From NCBI GenBank assembly GCA_028534125.1, contig CM052818.1, forward strand, positions 42,348,231 to 42,412,000: 63,770 bases of DNA. Reading direction: 5' to 3'. The notes under the pieces are model-generated. The model was not told the DNA's origin. It saw only the letters and a list, made by a program, of their open reading frames with translations, and did no database searches. Positions 50,688 to 63,178 of this stretch are shown here, in pieces. The translations under genes were made by a program, and so were the position numbers. Source of the DNA: Lama glama (taxonomy: Eukaryota). Within the stretch, counting starts at the first letter, position 1. Every line of letters starts with the position of its first letter.

Positions 50688-51187
50688 NNNNNNNNNNNNN
50701 NNNNNNNNNNNNNNNNNNNNNNNNNNNNNNNNNNNNNNNNNNNNNNNNNNNNNNNNNNNNNNNNNNNNNNNNNNNNNNNNNNNNNNNNNNNNNNNNNNNN
50801 NNNNNNNNNNNNNNNNNNNNNNNNNNNNNNNNNNNNNNNNNNNNNNNNNNNNNNNNNNNNNNNNNNNNNNNNNNNNNNNNNNNNNNNNNNNNNNNNNNNN
50901 NNNNNNNNNNNNNNNNNNNNNNNNNNNNNNNNNNNNNNNNNNNNNNNNNNNNNNNNNNNNNNNNNNNNNNNNNNNNNNNNNNNNNNNNNNNNNNNNNNNN
51001 NNNNNNNNNNNNNNNNNNNNNNNNNNNNNNNNNNNNNNNNNNNNNNNNNNNNNNNNNNNNNNNNNNNNNNNNNNNNNNNNNNNNNNNNNNNNNNNNNNNN
51101 NNNNNNNNNNNNNNNNNNNNNNNNNNNNNNNNNNNNNNNNNNNNNNNNNNNNNNNNNNNNNNNNNNNNNNNNNNNNNNNNNNNNNNN
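50688..51187. other. Assembly gap (500 N)
   Basis: Run of exactly 500 N. Confidence 1.
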
Positions 51188-52489
51188 TGTGTACCTTCTA
51201 TCTGTCCTTTATAACCCTGTTCAGAGGCCACGTCCTCTGCGAAGCCTTCTCTGATTCTACTAGCTCTTCCTCCAAAGCAGTTATTCAAATTTATATTATG
51301 TTAGTAATTGAGAGCATAGTCGCTTGTAGCACCTTTCTGTTCCATTGTGCTACTAGTTCTTTGAAGGCAGAGATCGTATCATTTTTCATCCTTGATTATC
51401 AAGTACAAACTAGTACTTTGATGATGCTGATATGATGATGATGATTGGATGATGGTTACTTTTTATTAAGTCCTCCCTCTGTGCCACATACAGTGCTAAG
51501 TGCTTTGTATATATTGTTTTGGTTTCACAGACTCCAAGAAACACACTTCTTAGGACCTTTGTCTACTTAACTATGAAACGGGAATGATGACATTCATGAT
51601 TTTTGAGAATTGTTAGGAAAGGATGGGCCAGGATTCACAGGTCCAGCCAGTTCCAAAATAATACTCTTAATAATACACAATACTGTCTGATTGCTTGCAT
51701 GTGGTAGATATCTGGGAAATGTTTATGGCATTCTGCTGCTTTTGCTCCCAGTCTTGCCATTTCTGATATATATTAAGGTCACTTGGGTAAAACTAACAAA
51801 TATTTCTGTAAATGTAGGACATGCTTAAACCAGTTGTGCATAGTGTTTTGTAATATGTTTTATTCCTAAATACAAATAATGAACTTTGTTTCTTAATTTA
51901 AATTGCCATGAGGTTGTATTGGCAAGTATATTATAGAATGCACACTAAGAGAAATATTTGGTAGTATTGTAGAATTTTATTCTTGGAAGTTTTAAAAAAT
52001 TTCCTGTCGTCTTATTAGTTCGTGAAATTTGGAACTCAGTGTAGGTGATTTACTGCTAGGAGTCTCCTAAAGATCTGGTTGTCACAAAACCTATATAATT
52101 CAGTGCTCTAGCGTGGATCTCCAGGGCCTGGTGGAAGGGAGGCTTCTGTGTGAGTGACCTCTTTACAGTCATCGAAAGGAGTTCATTGACATCATCACCA
52201 AACAAGTGGTTTTCCTGAGAGGGTCCATCTGGGAATGTAAGCAGAGAGATTCTAGCACTGGATGGAAAGTTGTACAAATGTCCCCCTTCTCTGAACCCTT
52301 TTAGACTTCCCTGTTCTTTAATAACCACACATTCGAATTTTATCTTCAGAGATACTCTAAGCCCTTATTGAAATTCTATCACAGAGGAGAGTAGTGGAAA
52401 GAACATCGCCTTTGGGGTCCTGTTGCACTGGTGTAGATGTTTGTAGGCATGTAGTGTCAGTATAAAAGGGACACTATGTCACTATGTTA

Positions 52490-52740
52490 CGTGGACAGCG
52501 TGGTAACTATAGTTAACAGTACTAATTGAACATCTGAAAGTTACTAAGGGAGTAGGTCTTAAAAGTTCTCATCTCGGGAAAAAAATCTTGTGACTCTGTC
52601 AGGGGATGGATGTTAACTAAACTTATTGTGGTCATTGTTTTGTGATATAGACAAATATCAAATCATTACAGCGTATGCCTTAAACTAATACAGTGCTATA
52701 TGTCTCTTACCTCTCAATAAAACTGGAAAAAATTTAAAAT
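52490..52740 (+). mobile_element. L1M-type 3' terminal fragment
   Basis: acagcgtggtaactatagttaacagtact...gaaagttactaagggagtaggtcttaaaagttctca...ctcaataaaactgg. Confidence 0.75.
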
Positions 52741-53512
52741 TAAATAGTGTTTATAATATTTACTTAACATAGTTATTATCAACCAGTAATAGTTTATGTA
52801 AAATTACCAGAATGATGCCTGATGCTCTTAATGTCACTAGTAGAAATGTCATACTTTTTTTTTCCCTTTGTATTCAAGTCAATTAACTAGTTGGTGAGAT
52901 AAGCCATCCATGAAAATTATATTACAGGGATTATTTTGTTTGCCAAGACTGAAATAACATTTCAATCAAAGATTTTTCTGAATGCCCACCTGGGTATCCA
53001 CGACCCTAGCTCCCTTCTACATGAACTATTACAGTAGAAACACTTACCACTCTGAAAGCAGTGCTCCAATGAAAACAGTCTGATTTGGAAATCTTTAATT
53101 CTGCCCATTGAGCTAATGGTCCGTTCAGCAAGAAGTTGGTCTGTGAAGCCCTGGGAACTGGATGGGCACTGGAATAACATCTTCACAGACCTTTGAAATC
53201 AGCCACTCTTCTTAATAAAGTTTACTTAAGAAACAGAGTATCTAAGAACATGTTGACTAATACTGATTATTTTTTATCTGCTTTATGTAGCTCATTTTAA
53301 TTTGATGCTGTTTTAAAAAATCACATTTATTTTTCAGTTTTTAAGTACCTAGTACAATTTGCTTTCAGCCATTTAAAACGTACGTTTCTCCTCTCAATAG
53401 GAAAAAAACAAAATCAGCCAGCAAACAAGTGCTTAGGTCAGTCATCACATTTGATTACTGGAATGAAAAAGAAAAAGACTTACTAGTTTCTCTCTAACCG
53501 CTGATTTTGCAG

Positions 53513-53708
53513 AGAAGAGCTGGTTTCCTCTGAGGACCTGCTGGAGTGGCTGCGGCCTTTCTGTGCTGATGACACCTGGCCCGTGAGGCCCCGCATTCAC
53601 GTGCTGCAGATTTTGGGACAGTCATTTCACCTGACGGAGGAGGATGGCAAGCTCCTTGTGTTCTTTAGAACGGAAGCCATTGTCAAAGCCACTTGGCCCC
53701 AGAGACAG
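53513..53708 (+). CDS. NBAS: NBAS coding exon (about exon 48), 196 nt, phase 2/0
   Basis: Branch-like ctaac, acceptor ttttgcag|, donor CAG|gtaagg. Encodes (G)EELVSSEDLLEWLRPFCADDTWPVRPRIHVLQILGQSFHLTEEDGKLLVFFRTEAIVKATWPQRQ. Not in the ORF track. Confidence 0.96.
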
Positions 53709-54233
53709 GTAAGGGAGCCTCTGGCTGCTCATTTCTTATCACTTTAAGCTGTCTTCAAGTGAATATTCACCTTGGCAGTGCAGACTGCCCAGTGTGTTCA
53801 TCAGTCCAGCTATGTAATAGTTACATAGGTGCAACAGAGTTTGTTTTTATTTTCCCATCTGTTCGAATGTACGTAGTAGAGGATGCCTCACTCGCCTAAC
53901 ATGCGTGTATCCCTTCTCTCTTCGTAGCATATAGTCAGGATTTTTCACGGTATCACCTAATGACGGTGGCTCGCCCTTCCCCTGGAGAAATGCAGATCTG
54001 AGTGGAAATGCAGTGTGAAGTTTAGCTAATTTGTGTCTTTCATGCCTTGCCCAGGCACACAAATGTCCTCCCTTCTCTTCTGTACGTGGATAGACATAAT
54101 GCAGCAGACACGCAAGATCTTGGTTTCTCCATCATCCTCCAAGGCTCATTTAGTCCACTGCCTCTCTGGAACCTTCCCTGACCATTTCAAACTAAATGAA
54201 CCTTGAATTCCACACATTTGAGCTTTAATTATC

Positions 54234-54297
54234 TATTACTACTACTGTTGTTGTTGTTGCTATTATTATTGCCATTATTGTTGTTACTGCTACTACT
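54234..54297. repeat. Compound trinucleotide repeat (TAC/TGT/TAT)
   Basis: Direct reading. Confidence 0.8.
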
Positions 54298-55963
54298 AAA
54301 AGTTTTGTCTCCCCACTACCGTGAAAACTCAGACGCCCTGGAGGATGTGCGTAGCATCTTTTGAAGCCCTCTCAGCATGCTGTGCAAGCACTCAGAGCCT
54401 AAATGCTTGTTGATTGAGTAAATGGAAATGCTAATTCCTAAATCAAAGAAATATGGTGGCTTTTGAAGTTTGGCTTAAATTCTGAACAGATGCACCCTGA
54501 AGACATAGGATCTAGGAGTTGGGAACCTCAATCAAGTGCTTTTGTTTGCGGAGTAGACCATAGGCCAATAAAAGTTGGAGAATAAGACTTCCAGGTAATC
54601 TGATCTGCAGAAGAGTTTCCTGGAAGTCTGATTCCGACTCAGTGTGCCTTCTAATTTTAAAGCTTTGTTTTATAACATATTTATATCTTTATTACTTCAT
54701 TTAAAGAGCAATGAACTTTTTAAAGAAGAATCAAATATTAAGAATATCTCGAGACTCATCTGAGAGCATCGTCAGAATTATCCCATTTGTTCTTATTTCC
54801 CTGTGTGAGAGAAACAGGTAAATACTGTTATCTCTTCTTCAGAGTTAGAGAACTTGAGATTCAAAAAAGATGGACTTATCAGAGGTTCTCTAATCTTGCC
54901 AAATTGCTGAAATGGATTGTATTGAAAGTTACTAATATCTGAGTAATACTCTCTCTGAAGCATCCTGACCTTATCAGTGTCTTCATTCTCAACATTTTGC
55001 TTTGAATTGCATCAAGAGACGCTAACAAGTTCTTTTAAGAGGTTTCTGAACACAAACGCAATGGGCTGTGTAATATATTCCAGGTCCTCGGCACAGTTAG
55101 TGGTAACGCTTGTTTTCAGCAAACACAGAGGTTCACGTAACGTCCCTGAGGTAAGCTCTAAGTTGGATCATGTTGTTTTTGCCGTGTGGAATGTTAGGTT
55201 CTCCTCATCCTGAAGCAAATGAATGCTCCTACGGTTACGTACTTCCCATTTTTCAAGTTCTCAGCCTTGCTCAATCTCATCTTCCTTGATGGCTGGAGCC
55301 TGGCAGGGCAATGAGGCTGGTTTCTCATGTCATGTCAGATCAACGTACCAAAAACATTAGGAAACAACATGGAAACCAGGAAAGGGGGAAGATATCCATC
55401 TTATCTGTCATGTTGAAACACTAGAAAATACACTTTGATATTTGAGTCTGAATAGTTCAGAAATAATATGAGTATAACCACTATTTCTTCTTATAAATTT
55501 TCCTCAATTGTCCAGTTATTCAAAGAACAACTTGCAGCTTTTATAGGATTTCAGTGATTTCTGGATACTTCTAAGATTTTAATTTCATCTTAGCTTAACT
55601 TTTACCAAAAACAGGATTTAAGAGATCTTAGCTTTTGTTAAGATTTCTTTTCCAGGCACTTTTCTAAACTGACTTGACTTTAGTGTCACTGAACACAAAC
55701 TGCTTTCTCTCATCTGCAGGGACTGTTTGTTGCTCTTCATTTCATCACTGTTTCCCTTGGTGATGTGAATTTTTCAGGCCCTCAAACATCCCTCCAGACA
55801 GTGTCTCTTAACTTTAGTAAAAATAATTTCATGTCTCCTTCACTTTTTTATTTTCTACCTCCTCTTACTTTCCCCTTGAATACAAACAATTTCCCAGTCC
55901 TTGGAAGCTAATGATCTGAGTTTCCTTAAAGTATTTGGTAGTGGAAATAAGAAAACTGCCATA

Positions 55964-56311
55964 CATTAAGGTCTTTAATCCATTTTGAGTTTATTTTTGT
56001 ATATGGTGTGAAAAGATGTTCTAATTTCATTCTTTTACATGTGGCTGGCAAGGATGTGAAGAAAAGAGAACCCTAGTACACTGGTGGGAGGAATGTAAAT
56101 TGGTGCAGCCACTATGGAGGTTCCTCAAAAAATTCAAATAGGTCTACCATATGATCCAGCAAGTCCACTCCTGGGTATATATCCAAAGAGAACGAAAACA
56201 CTCATTTAAAAAGATACCTGCACCCCAGTGGCTGTGGCAGCATTATTGACAATAGCAAAGATATGGAAGCGACCTAAGTGTCCATCAACAGATGAATGGA
56301 TAAAAAAGATG

Positions 56312-56349
<38 letters not shown>

Positions 56350-56780
56350 TCACTCTCTCTCTCTCTCTTGAATACTACTCAGCCATAAAAAATGAAATGT
56401 TGCCACTTGTGACATCACAGATGGGTCTGGAGGGTATTATGCTTAGTGGACTAAGTCAGGGAAAGACACTGTACGTTTTCACTTATATGTGGAATCTAAA
56501 ACATAAAGCAAATGAATATTAAAAAACAAAAACGGTCTCACAGATACAGAGAACAAACTAATGGTTACCAGAGGGAGAGGGGCAAGATCGGTGAAGGGGG
56601 TTAAGAGGTACAGACTGTTAGGTATAAAATAAACAAGTTACAAGGATGTAATGTAAAGCACAGGGAATTTAGTCAATATTTTATAATAATTTTATATGGA
56701 ATATAGTCTATTAAATATCAAGTCACTATGTCATATACCTCAGACTAATATTGCAAGTCAACTATACTTCAATAACCAAA
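55964..56780 (+). mobile_element. 5'-truncated L1 with a 5' inversion and an internal (TC)(CA)(TC) microsatellite
   Basis: 55964-56047 is antisense ORF2-like; 56048-56780 is the sense ORF2 end and 3'UTR. TSD aaaact(g/a)ccata at 55952-55963 and 56781-56792. Confidence 0.88.
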
Positions 56781-59700
56781 AAAACTACCATAGTGACTTA
56801 ATTCTGTTATTTGTCTATAGTCTTTTCCAAAAATAAATTAAATCACTGAGTGTTTCCTCCTCCTCCTTTGAAAGTTAAGTATTCTGGGTCAAGCCTGGCA
56901 TTGCTTATTCAAATCTACTTTGGAGGGCGAGTGAATTTGGTGGGGGAACTCTGCCTTACAGCTATAAATATCTGCTTGCTACTTGGAAAATGAAAGCCAA
57001 AAAATTGCAGCATCAGAATGGAAACAGCAACAACTTCTGCAACGTTCCGCAACTCTGCCCATGGTTTAAATCTGAGGTGGTCTCCATCAGTGTTTTTAAA
57101 AGGCTCTGTTACCTCTCACTAGGAAACAGCAAAGATCAGGGCGCTAGCGGATGGACCCTAGGCCTGTGCCTCCACCCTCCCTCCACTGTTACTTTACAGT
57201 CTTAGAGAAGTCTCTTAAACTGTGAGCCGTGGCTACTTGGTGCGTAAAATGGAACCTTGAACTTGAGATAGAGGATGGTTTGCTCACGTCTGTCATTTCT
57301 TCGACACATAGTAAAGTGTCTTGTTCCCCTCCATACCTCAGTCACTTAGAAGACTTCAAAAGGTTGATTACACGGGCTCCTGTTTTCTTAACTTCTCCCT
57401 GTCACCTTCTCCATTCTCAATGGTAATACTAAGGATAGAGACGGATTCTTACAGAGTGAAGATGAGAATAGATAATGACATTGCAGTGTTCAATTACCAG
57501 AAAATGCGGGACTGCTGCCTTCACTGGGACTGGTAATCCTCTTAGGCAGACTTTGCATACATCAAAGGGGGACTTAATATTTAATTATCCTCAAGGTGCC
57601 CAAAGTAGTGGCCCCACAACTCAGTGTGTTGCCGGGAAACCAGCGAGCTCCTGCAAAATTAAACACAGAGTCAGTGGAGCCTGCTACCTCGCTGGTTCTC
57701 AGAGACAGTGATTTCTAGTTTTCTAATAATTAGTTAACAGAATTAAAATTCAGAGGCCCTCATTTTTCAACAGCTCGCGAGGCCTTCGTTTCCTTTCCAG
57801 AAATGTGCCTGGTCTTGGAGGGCGGTGGGGGGTGGGGAGAGGGGGGCGCTGAGGGGGAGGGGGTGGATGTATTGTGTTAATTCCCTTCGTACGATTTATC
57901 TGAGTTTTTCAGGTTTTGTAATTTTCTAGTTAACTGGCGCATGAAAAATACAGGTCAAAATACTGATGTTTCCTTAAAAAATTCCAAACCCCATCACCTC
58001 AATTTTTCTTTCTGTTTTTATGTAAAAAAAGAACACGTGGCTTAGTTTGATTTTTGCCTTGTCAAATTTCAGTCTGCATTTGTGATTGTAAGTGATCAAC
58101 AGAAAGAATTAGTTTAAAACAACTTCTAACCTCATTACAAATCCATGTCTTTTGCCTGCTTTGAAGCTTGGAAGGACATATGAACCCTTCTGGTCAGAGG
58201 CCAGTTTGGCCTCATTTGCCAAAACATCAGCAAAATATGCACTTCTTTGTCAGAGTTTAGACAAAATCAGTAGGAAAAGTTAAGTGTGCAAATCTGTGTT
58301 TAGTTCCTTACAGAAGATTTACTGTTATCTTAAACATCTTCAAAGCTAAGACTCACTGCCATCAGTGGTTTTCTTAATCAAATATGGGACAATATTTGAT
58401 GTTAAAATGTGTCCTTACACAGATACTATATCCCTAATAATCGTGAAATCACGCATTTCTAGAGTTGGAAGACACTTTCACAAGCATCCCTGTTCAGTGG
58501 TCACATTTTATAGGACAAAAAAAAAGGATGTTCAGAAAGGGAGAGGTTATGTCCTCAGATTTTATCTTAAATGTCACCATTTGCAAAATGACTGCATCCA
58601 CCGAGTCGTAACCTGTCTTATGACCATTTTTATTCTCTTCTAGTCACTTACCGCTCCTGACTTCTTCACTGCCTGTCCGTGTGTCTGTCTTTCTATTATG
58701 TGATGACTTTCTCTTTCCATTAGAATGTAAATTCCGTGAGAACAGGGATCTTACAGACACGCAGTAAATATTTGTCGAATAAATGAATATTAGATCTTGA
58801 AAGAAGTGTTCAAGGTCACCTTTAAAATGGCAAGGCCGAGGCTCCTGACATTCAGTCTGATGTTCTTGCCACGAGTGATGGTTAGACCACACTGCTTCCC
58901 GCTTACATGCAAGCAGAATCATTTGCCTGGAATAATGGAAATGCTTCCTTACAGAGTGCCCTGGTGCTTTTAGATTGATGCTACTTTATATTAATTTGCT
59001 GTATTTTGCTGACAGTCATTCCTGACCAGCTAGTTCCTTCTCATGGGGAAGCATACAGGTCACAAGCATGTTTGTCCCGACATAAGCAAGAGGTCCGTGT
59101 GCCCTTTTTTTTTTTAACAATGATTAAAATGGAGCGAGCATCCGTATTACTGGGTTCTGCAAATAGCTGGAGACCTTGAGAAGGTCCCTCTTCCTTTAAA
59201 GATCTACCCTCTTGTCACTGGCATCAGTGGGGGAAGAGGGGAAGGTGGAATATGTACCAAGTCCCCATCACTGCATGAAACTTTAAAACAGACGTGCAGA
59301 GTCTATGTTTTAGATGAGGTCACATGACCTAGGAGATGAGGTCCCGTGAATTGTCCAGCCTGTGAATGATGGAACTGGAGTTCACCCCCAGCCCTGTGTG
59401 ATCCTGAGCCTGTGTTCCTGGCCCTGTACCGCACTTGCTCCTGTTTGCCGGGGGAGTAGATCCAGCACAACCTTTGGGCAGCATTGGACGACATGCAGCA
59501 TGCGGTGCTCACCTTTTCTCTTCCTGCTGTCACTCTACATGGACTGAACGTGATTTGGCCTGAGAAATCAGGCATTTGGTTTAGAGAACAGAAAGCACGG
59601 CTTCATCTTATAGCATCTGTCACTCCCTCAGTACATAGCATTGTGCGTGTGAACTGCTGCTTACTTAAAACATTCTGAAAGATGCCATGCCTGATACCTG

Positions 59701-59799
59701 TTGTTTGAACAGAACACAGTGTGAAATAGCCATCGAAGATTCTTCAAGCATAGATTAGGCACCATTCACTGAGCTGCACTCTGGAGACAGAAAAAGAGA

Positions 59800-59990
59800 C
59801 AAGGTAATTGGTAGTAAAGCGTTTGGGCTCTTCACCTCGGAGACCTGCATTCAAATCCCAGTTCCACCACTCACTGCTCTGCAGCCTCACACAACCTCTG
59901 TTTCCTCGTGTATAAAGTGGAAATAACGTAGAACTATTGTGAGGGTCAAGTGGAGTCATACCTGCAGAGCTGTAACTCCCGTCCTGGCAG
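59800..59990. mobile_element. MIR SINE relic
   Basis: gacctgcattcaaatcccagttccaccactcactgct...ctctgtttcctcgtgtataaagtgg. Confidence 0.65.
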
Positions 59991-61044
59991 AGGACTCAGT
60001 GTGGGGACTCCAATCCGGTTAACAATGGATTTAGTAACGAAGCAGTCAGGGCCTGAGTGCTCCGGGGCTGTGGGGGGGGGGGTCTGCACGTGGTGTGCAT
60101 GAAGCTGCTCTGTCGGGGGGCAGCGGGGAAGACTGCCCTGAGGTGATTCTGGAGCCGAGCTCAGCACAGCTGGGTGTGTGGTGTGAAGGCAAGAGCCACG
60201 AAGAGAGGAAACCGGGAAGCAGAGGTCAGACGGGGGCCCCCGGTGTCCTGCTCGGGCTTTACCCCGACAGCGCTGAGGCCACCAGCGAGAGAGATGCCCG
60301 AGGGGCAGTGTGATCAGATCTGGGCTTTAGGAGAAGCCCTCTGACCTCTGTGCGCAGGGGACCAGTTAGGGGACAAAGGTCTGGTCCCCGAACTTGGCCC
60401 TGAACTTCATACCAGCTGTGAAGAGGGGAGAAGAGAGCTGGAGGGGCCGGTACCAGTGCCCTGGTGACGGCTGAGGTGGGAGGGGGTGGTCCCCCTCTGA
60501 TTTGGGTGCAAATTACTAGGGAGAAAGTGGTGCCCCTTAACTAGCTGGGAAATCTGGAGGAGAAACTGGCTTTGTGGAGAGAGACCCCAGGTCCAGGGCT
60601 GTATGTACTATGTTTAAATTCTGACGGGCACTTTTTTTTGGCGAGGGGGTGAGATAGGGAGGCCGTGTTTATCCCCTTCACACAGGCAGACTTTCTTCAC
60701 GACCGTACAAGTGTCTTAGTTCAGAGACCCCTTCTAGGAAGTGAACTTGAGTTTAGTGAATGTCCCTGGATGGAGATGGCTTTGACTCCGTTGCAGGGCA
60801 GCGTCCTCCCGGGGTCGGCTCAGGTCCCAGTTGGCCTTGGTGGCAGTGGGACAGTTACATCCGAGCGCCTTCGCTGAGAGGCCTGACAACCTCAGCAGTC
60901 GTGCTCCCACGTGCTGCGTGTGTGCTCCCGCCTCTGATGGATCCGAGGGAGGAGGCGGAGGAGAAGTGGGGAGAAAAGGCGGGAAAAACCCAGGCGTTTC
61001 ATGTTGGAGAGCGGTGGGGATATGAGTAGCTGGGTGTAACTTTG

Positions 61045-62443
61045 CTTATTTTTTTTCAACTTTTCACTTTGAAAATTTTAGATTTAATTTAAGAAAAAAA
61101 TGTACGTTATACAGAGAATTTTGTATACTCTTCATGCAGATTCAGCGAATATTACCATCTCAGATAACCACAGCTAACATCGATGCAGTACCATTTTCTA
61201 ATTTATACATAATTTGGATTTTGTCAGTTGTCCCAGTGATTTTTCTTCTGGTCCATGTCCAGTCCAGGTCACACACTGCATTAACACCCTGTCTCTTTAA
61301 AGTCCTTGAATCTGATATAGTTCCTTATTCCTTTTCATTTTCCTTTTCGACCTTGACATTTTTTTTAAAAAAGCACCAATTATTTTATAAAATGTCACTA
61401 AATTTGACTTTGTCCGATTTTTGTTCACGTGTTCAATTTGTGCGTTTTTGGAGAGGATGCCATGGAAGTGACGGCATGTCTCCTGAAGTGTGTTATCTCA
61501 GGAGATGCACAGTTTTGATGTGTTCCTTTACTGGTAATGTTCGCTTTGACCACTTGATTGAGGTGGTGTCAACCGTGTTTCTTCTCCACAAAATTATTAC
61601 TTTCCTCTTTGGGATTAATAAATATCTGTGGTGAGGTACTTTGAGGTTGTTGTGAACAGTTTCTCCTCACACTTTCACCTGCTAATTTGAGCATGCATTG
61701 GTGATTATCGCCTGAGATAATTACCACTGTGGTGTTTACCAAGTGGTATTTTTCTATCGTTTGTTCTCCTCCCTTTATATGTATTTATTCACTTATTTAT
61801 TTATATCACCACAAGCTCAGTGATTGTCTGTGGTTACAATCTGTAACTATCATCATTTTAGTTTTTTTACACAAATTATCTCAGATTTGGCCATTGGGAG
61901 CTCCTTTCCAGTTTTCTCCTGCATCCTTTGACTTGCGCCCTCCCATCAGGTTTTGAACCACAGATGTTCTAGACTCCTCCTGCACTTTCCTTGCCTGGCT
62001 CTGGATTCAGTCACTGACTTCAAGGAGCCTGGATTTTTTAGTAAAGAATGGTATTTAGAAGCCAAGGCTTAAGGGCTGGGTCTGCTCATTGATACTGTGG
62101 TGTCAGAGCTTCATGATCCTCTTAAGGGGACAGAGCCCTCATACGTCCACATCCGCGTTTATATCTGTCTGTGATCATTTAAAAAACCATGAGTTTGTAT
62201 TGCTACCTCCAGTTCCATCCATTTCCGCAGAGTTCGCTCTAGTCTTCTCTTTGTTTGTAAACTCTTTTCTATGTCAGTGAGAAACTTGACTCATTATCCA
62301 CAATATATTTATTTATTTGCTTAATCCTAGAGTACATTTAAAATTCCAGCCTACTTCCTAGCTAGAGTATTTGTGTAGAGCTCTTTCTTTTAGCCTTAGA
62401 GTAATAGCACACAAAAATAATTATTTTCAAGGTTACACCACAA

Positions 62444-62483
<40 letters not shown>

Positions 62484-62620
62484 ACCTTCAGTGTGATTAG
62501 CTATTCACTTATAGTACAGGTAAATTCATCTTATTTCTCTTTGTATGGTTTTCTCTGTTACTGTTTATTTCAATTATAGATCTACCTTTTGAATATGTGA
62601 AACATTTACATGGAATGTGA
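61045..62620 (-). mobile_element. Ancient L1 (L1MC/L1ME-like) relic
   Basis: T-rich antisense L1 3'UTR motifs (tttgaccacttgattgaggtggtgtc; gaatggtatttagaagccaag). Confidence 0.65.
62446..62481. repeat. (CA)18 microsatellite
   Basis: Perfect CA run read directly. Confidence 0.92.
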
Positions 62621-62999
62621 GAGATCATGATTTTTTTTTTATTTTTCATTTATGATATTTTGAAGCTCAGACATTCTGGGCCTGTGATTGTGCTGAATGT
62701 ATGGGTTTTATTATAGTTTTATTCTTATTTTTATTTTCGAGGCTGTGTAGGTACCCTGTATATAGGATATATAGAAGGCCACAGGACTCAGTGGCCACCG
62801 TTTTCTTCCGCTATGCAAAACTGCCTCTGGGCAACTTCTACCTGGAATAGAAAATAGATTAAAAATAAAACCTCTGAATATTACAGCAGAAATCTGTTTT
62901 CACTTAAGCTGAGAAGATGTCTCATGTACTGTTTTCAAGTTTTTTAGGGCCCTCTATGAACTGACCATTAGACTTTGTATGTATATTATATCATTTTAA

Positions 63000-63178
63000 A
63001 GTGAAGATTTATTTATTTTTTTGGTGTGTTTTTTAACTGTATTATTTAACTGTTTTCTTTTGGCAAGGGAGGAGATAAGTTGGGTTTATTTATTTGTTGG
63101 AGGAGGTACTGGGGATTGAACCCAGGACCTCATGCATGCTAAGCATGTGCTCTAGTTTTTGAGCTATATCCTCCCCCC
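63000..63178 (-). mobile_element. Vic-1-like SINE, antisense
   Basis: Reverse complement ggggggaggatatagctca...gcttagcatgcatgaggtcctgggttcaatccccagtacctcc. Perfect 16-bp TSD tattatatcattttaa at 62984-62999 and 63179-63194. Confidence 0.92.

Noticed and set aside
50638..51288. ORFs of 179-216 aa
   Set aside because: Artefacts of the second N gap.
61134..61634. 166-aa hydrophobic ORF
   Set aside because: T-rich antisense L1 relic producing spurious Phe/Leu-rich peptides.
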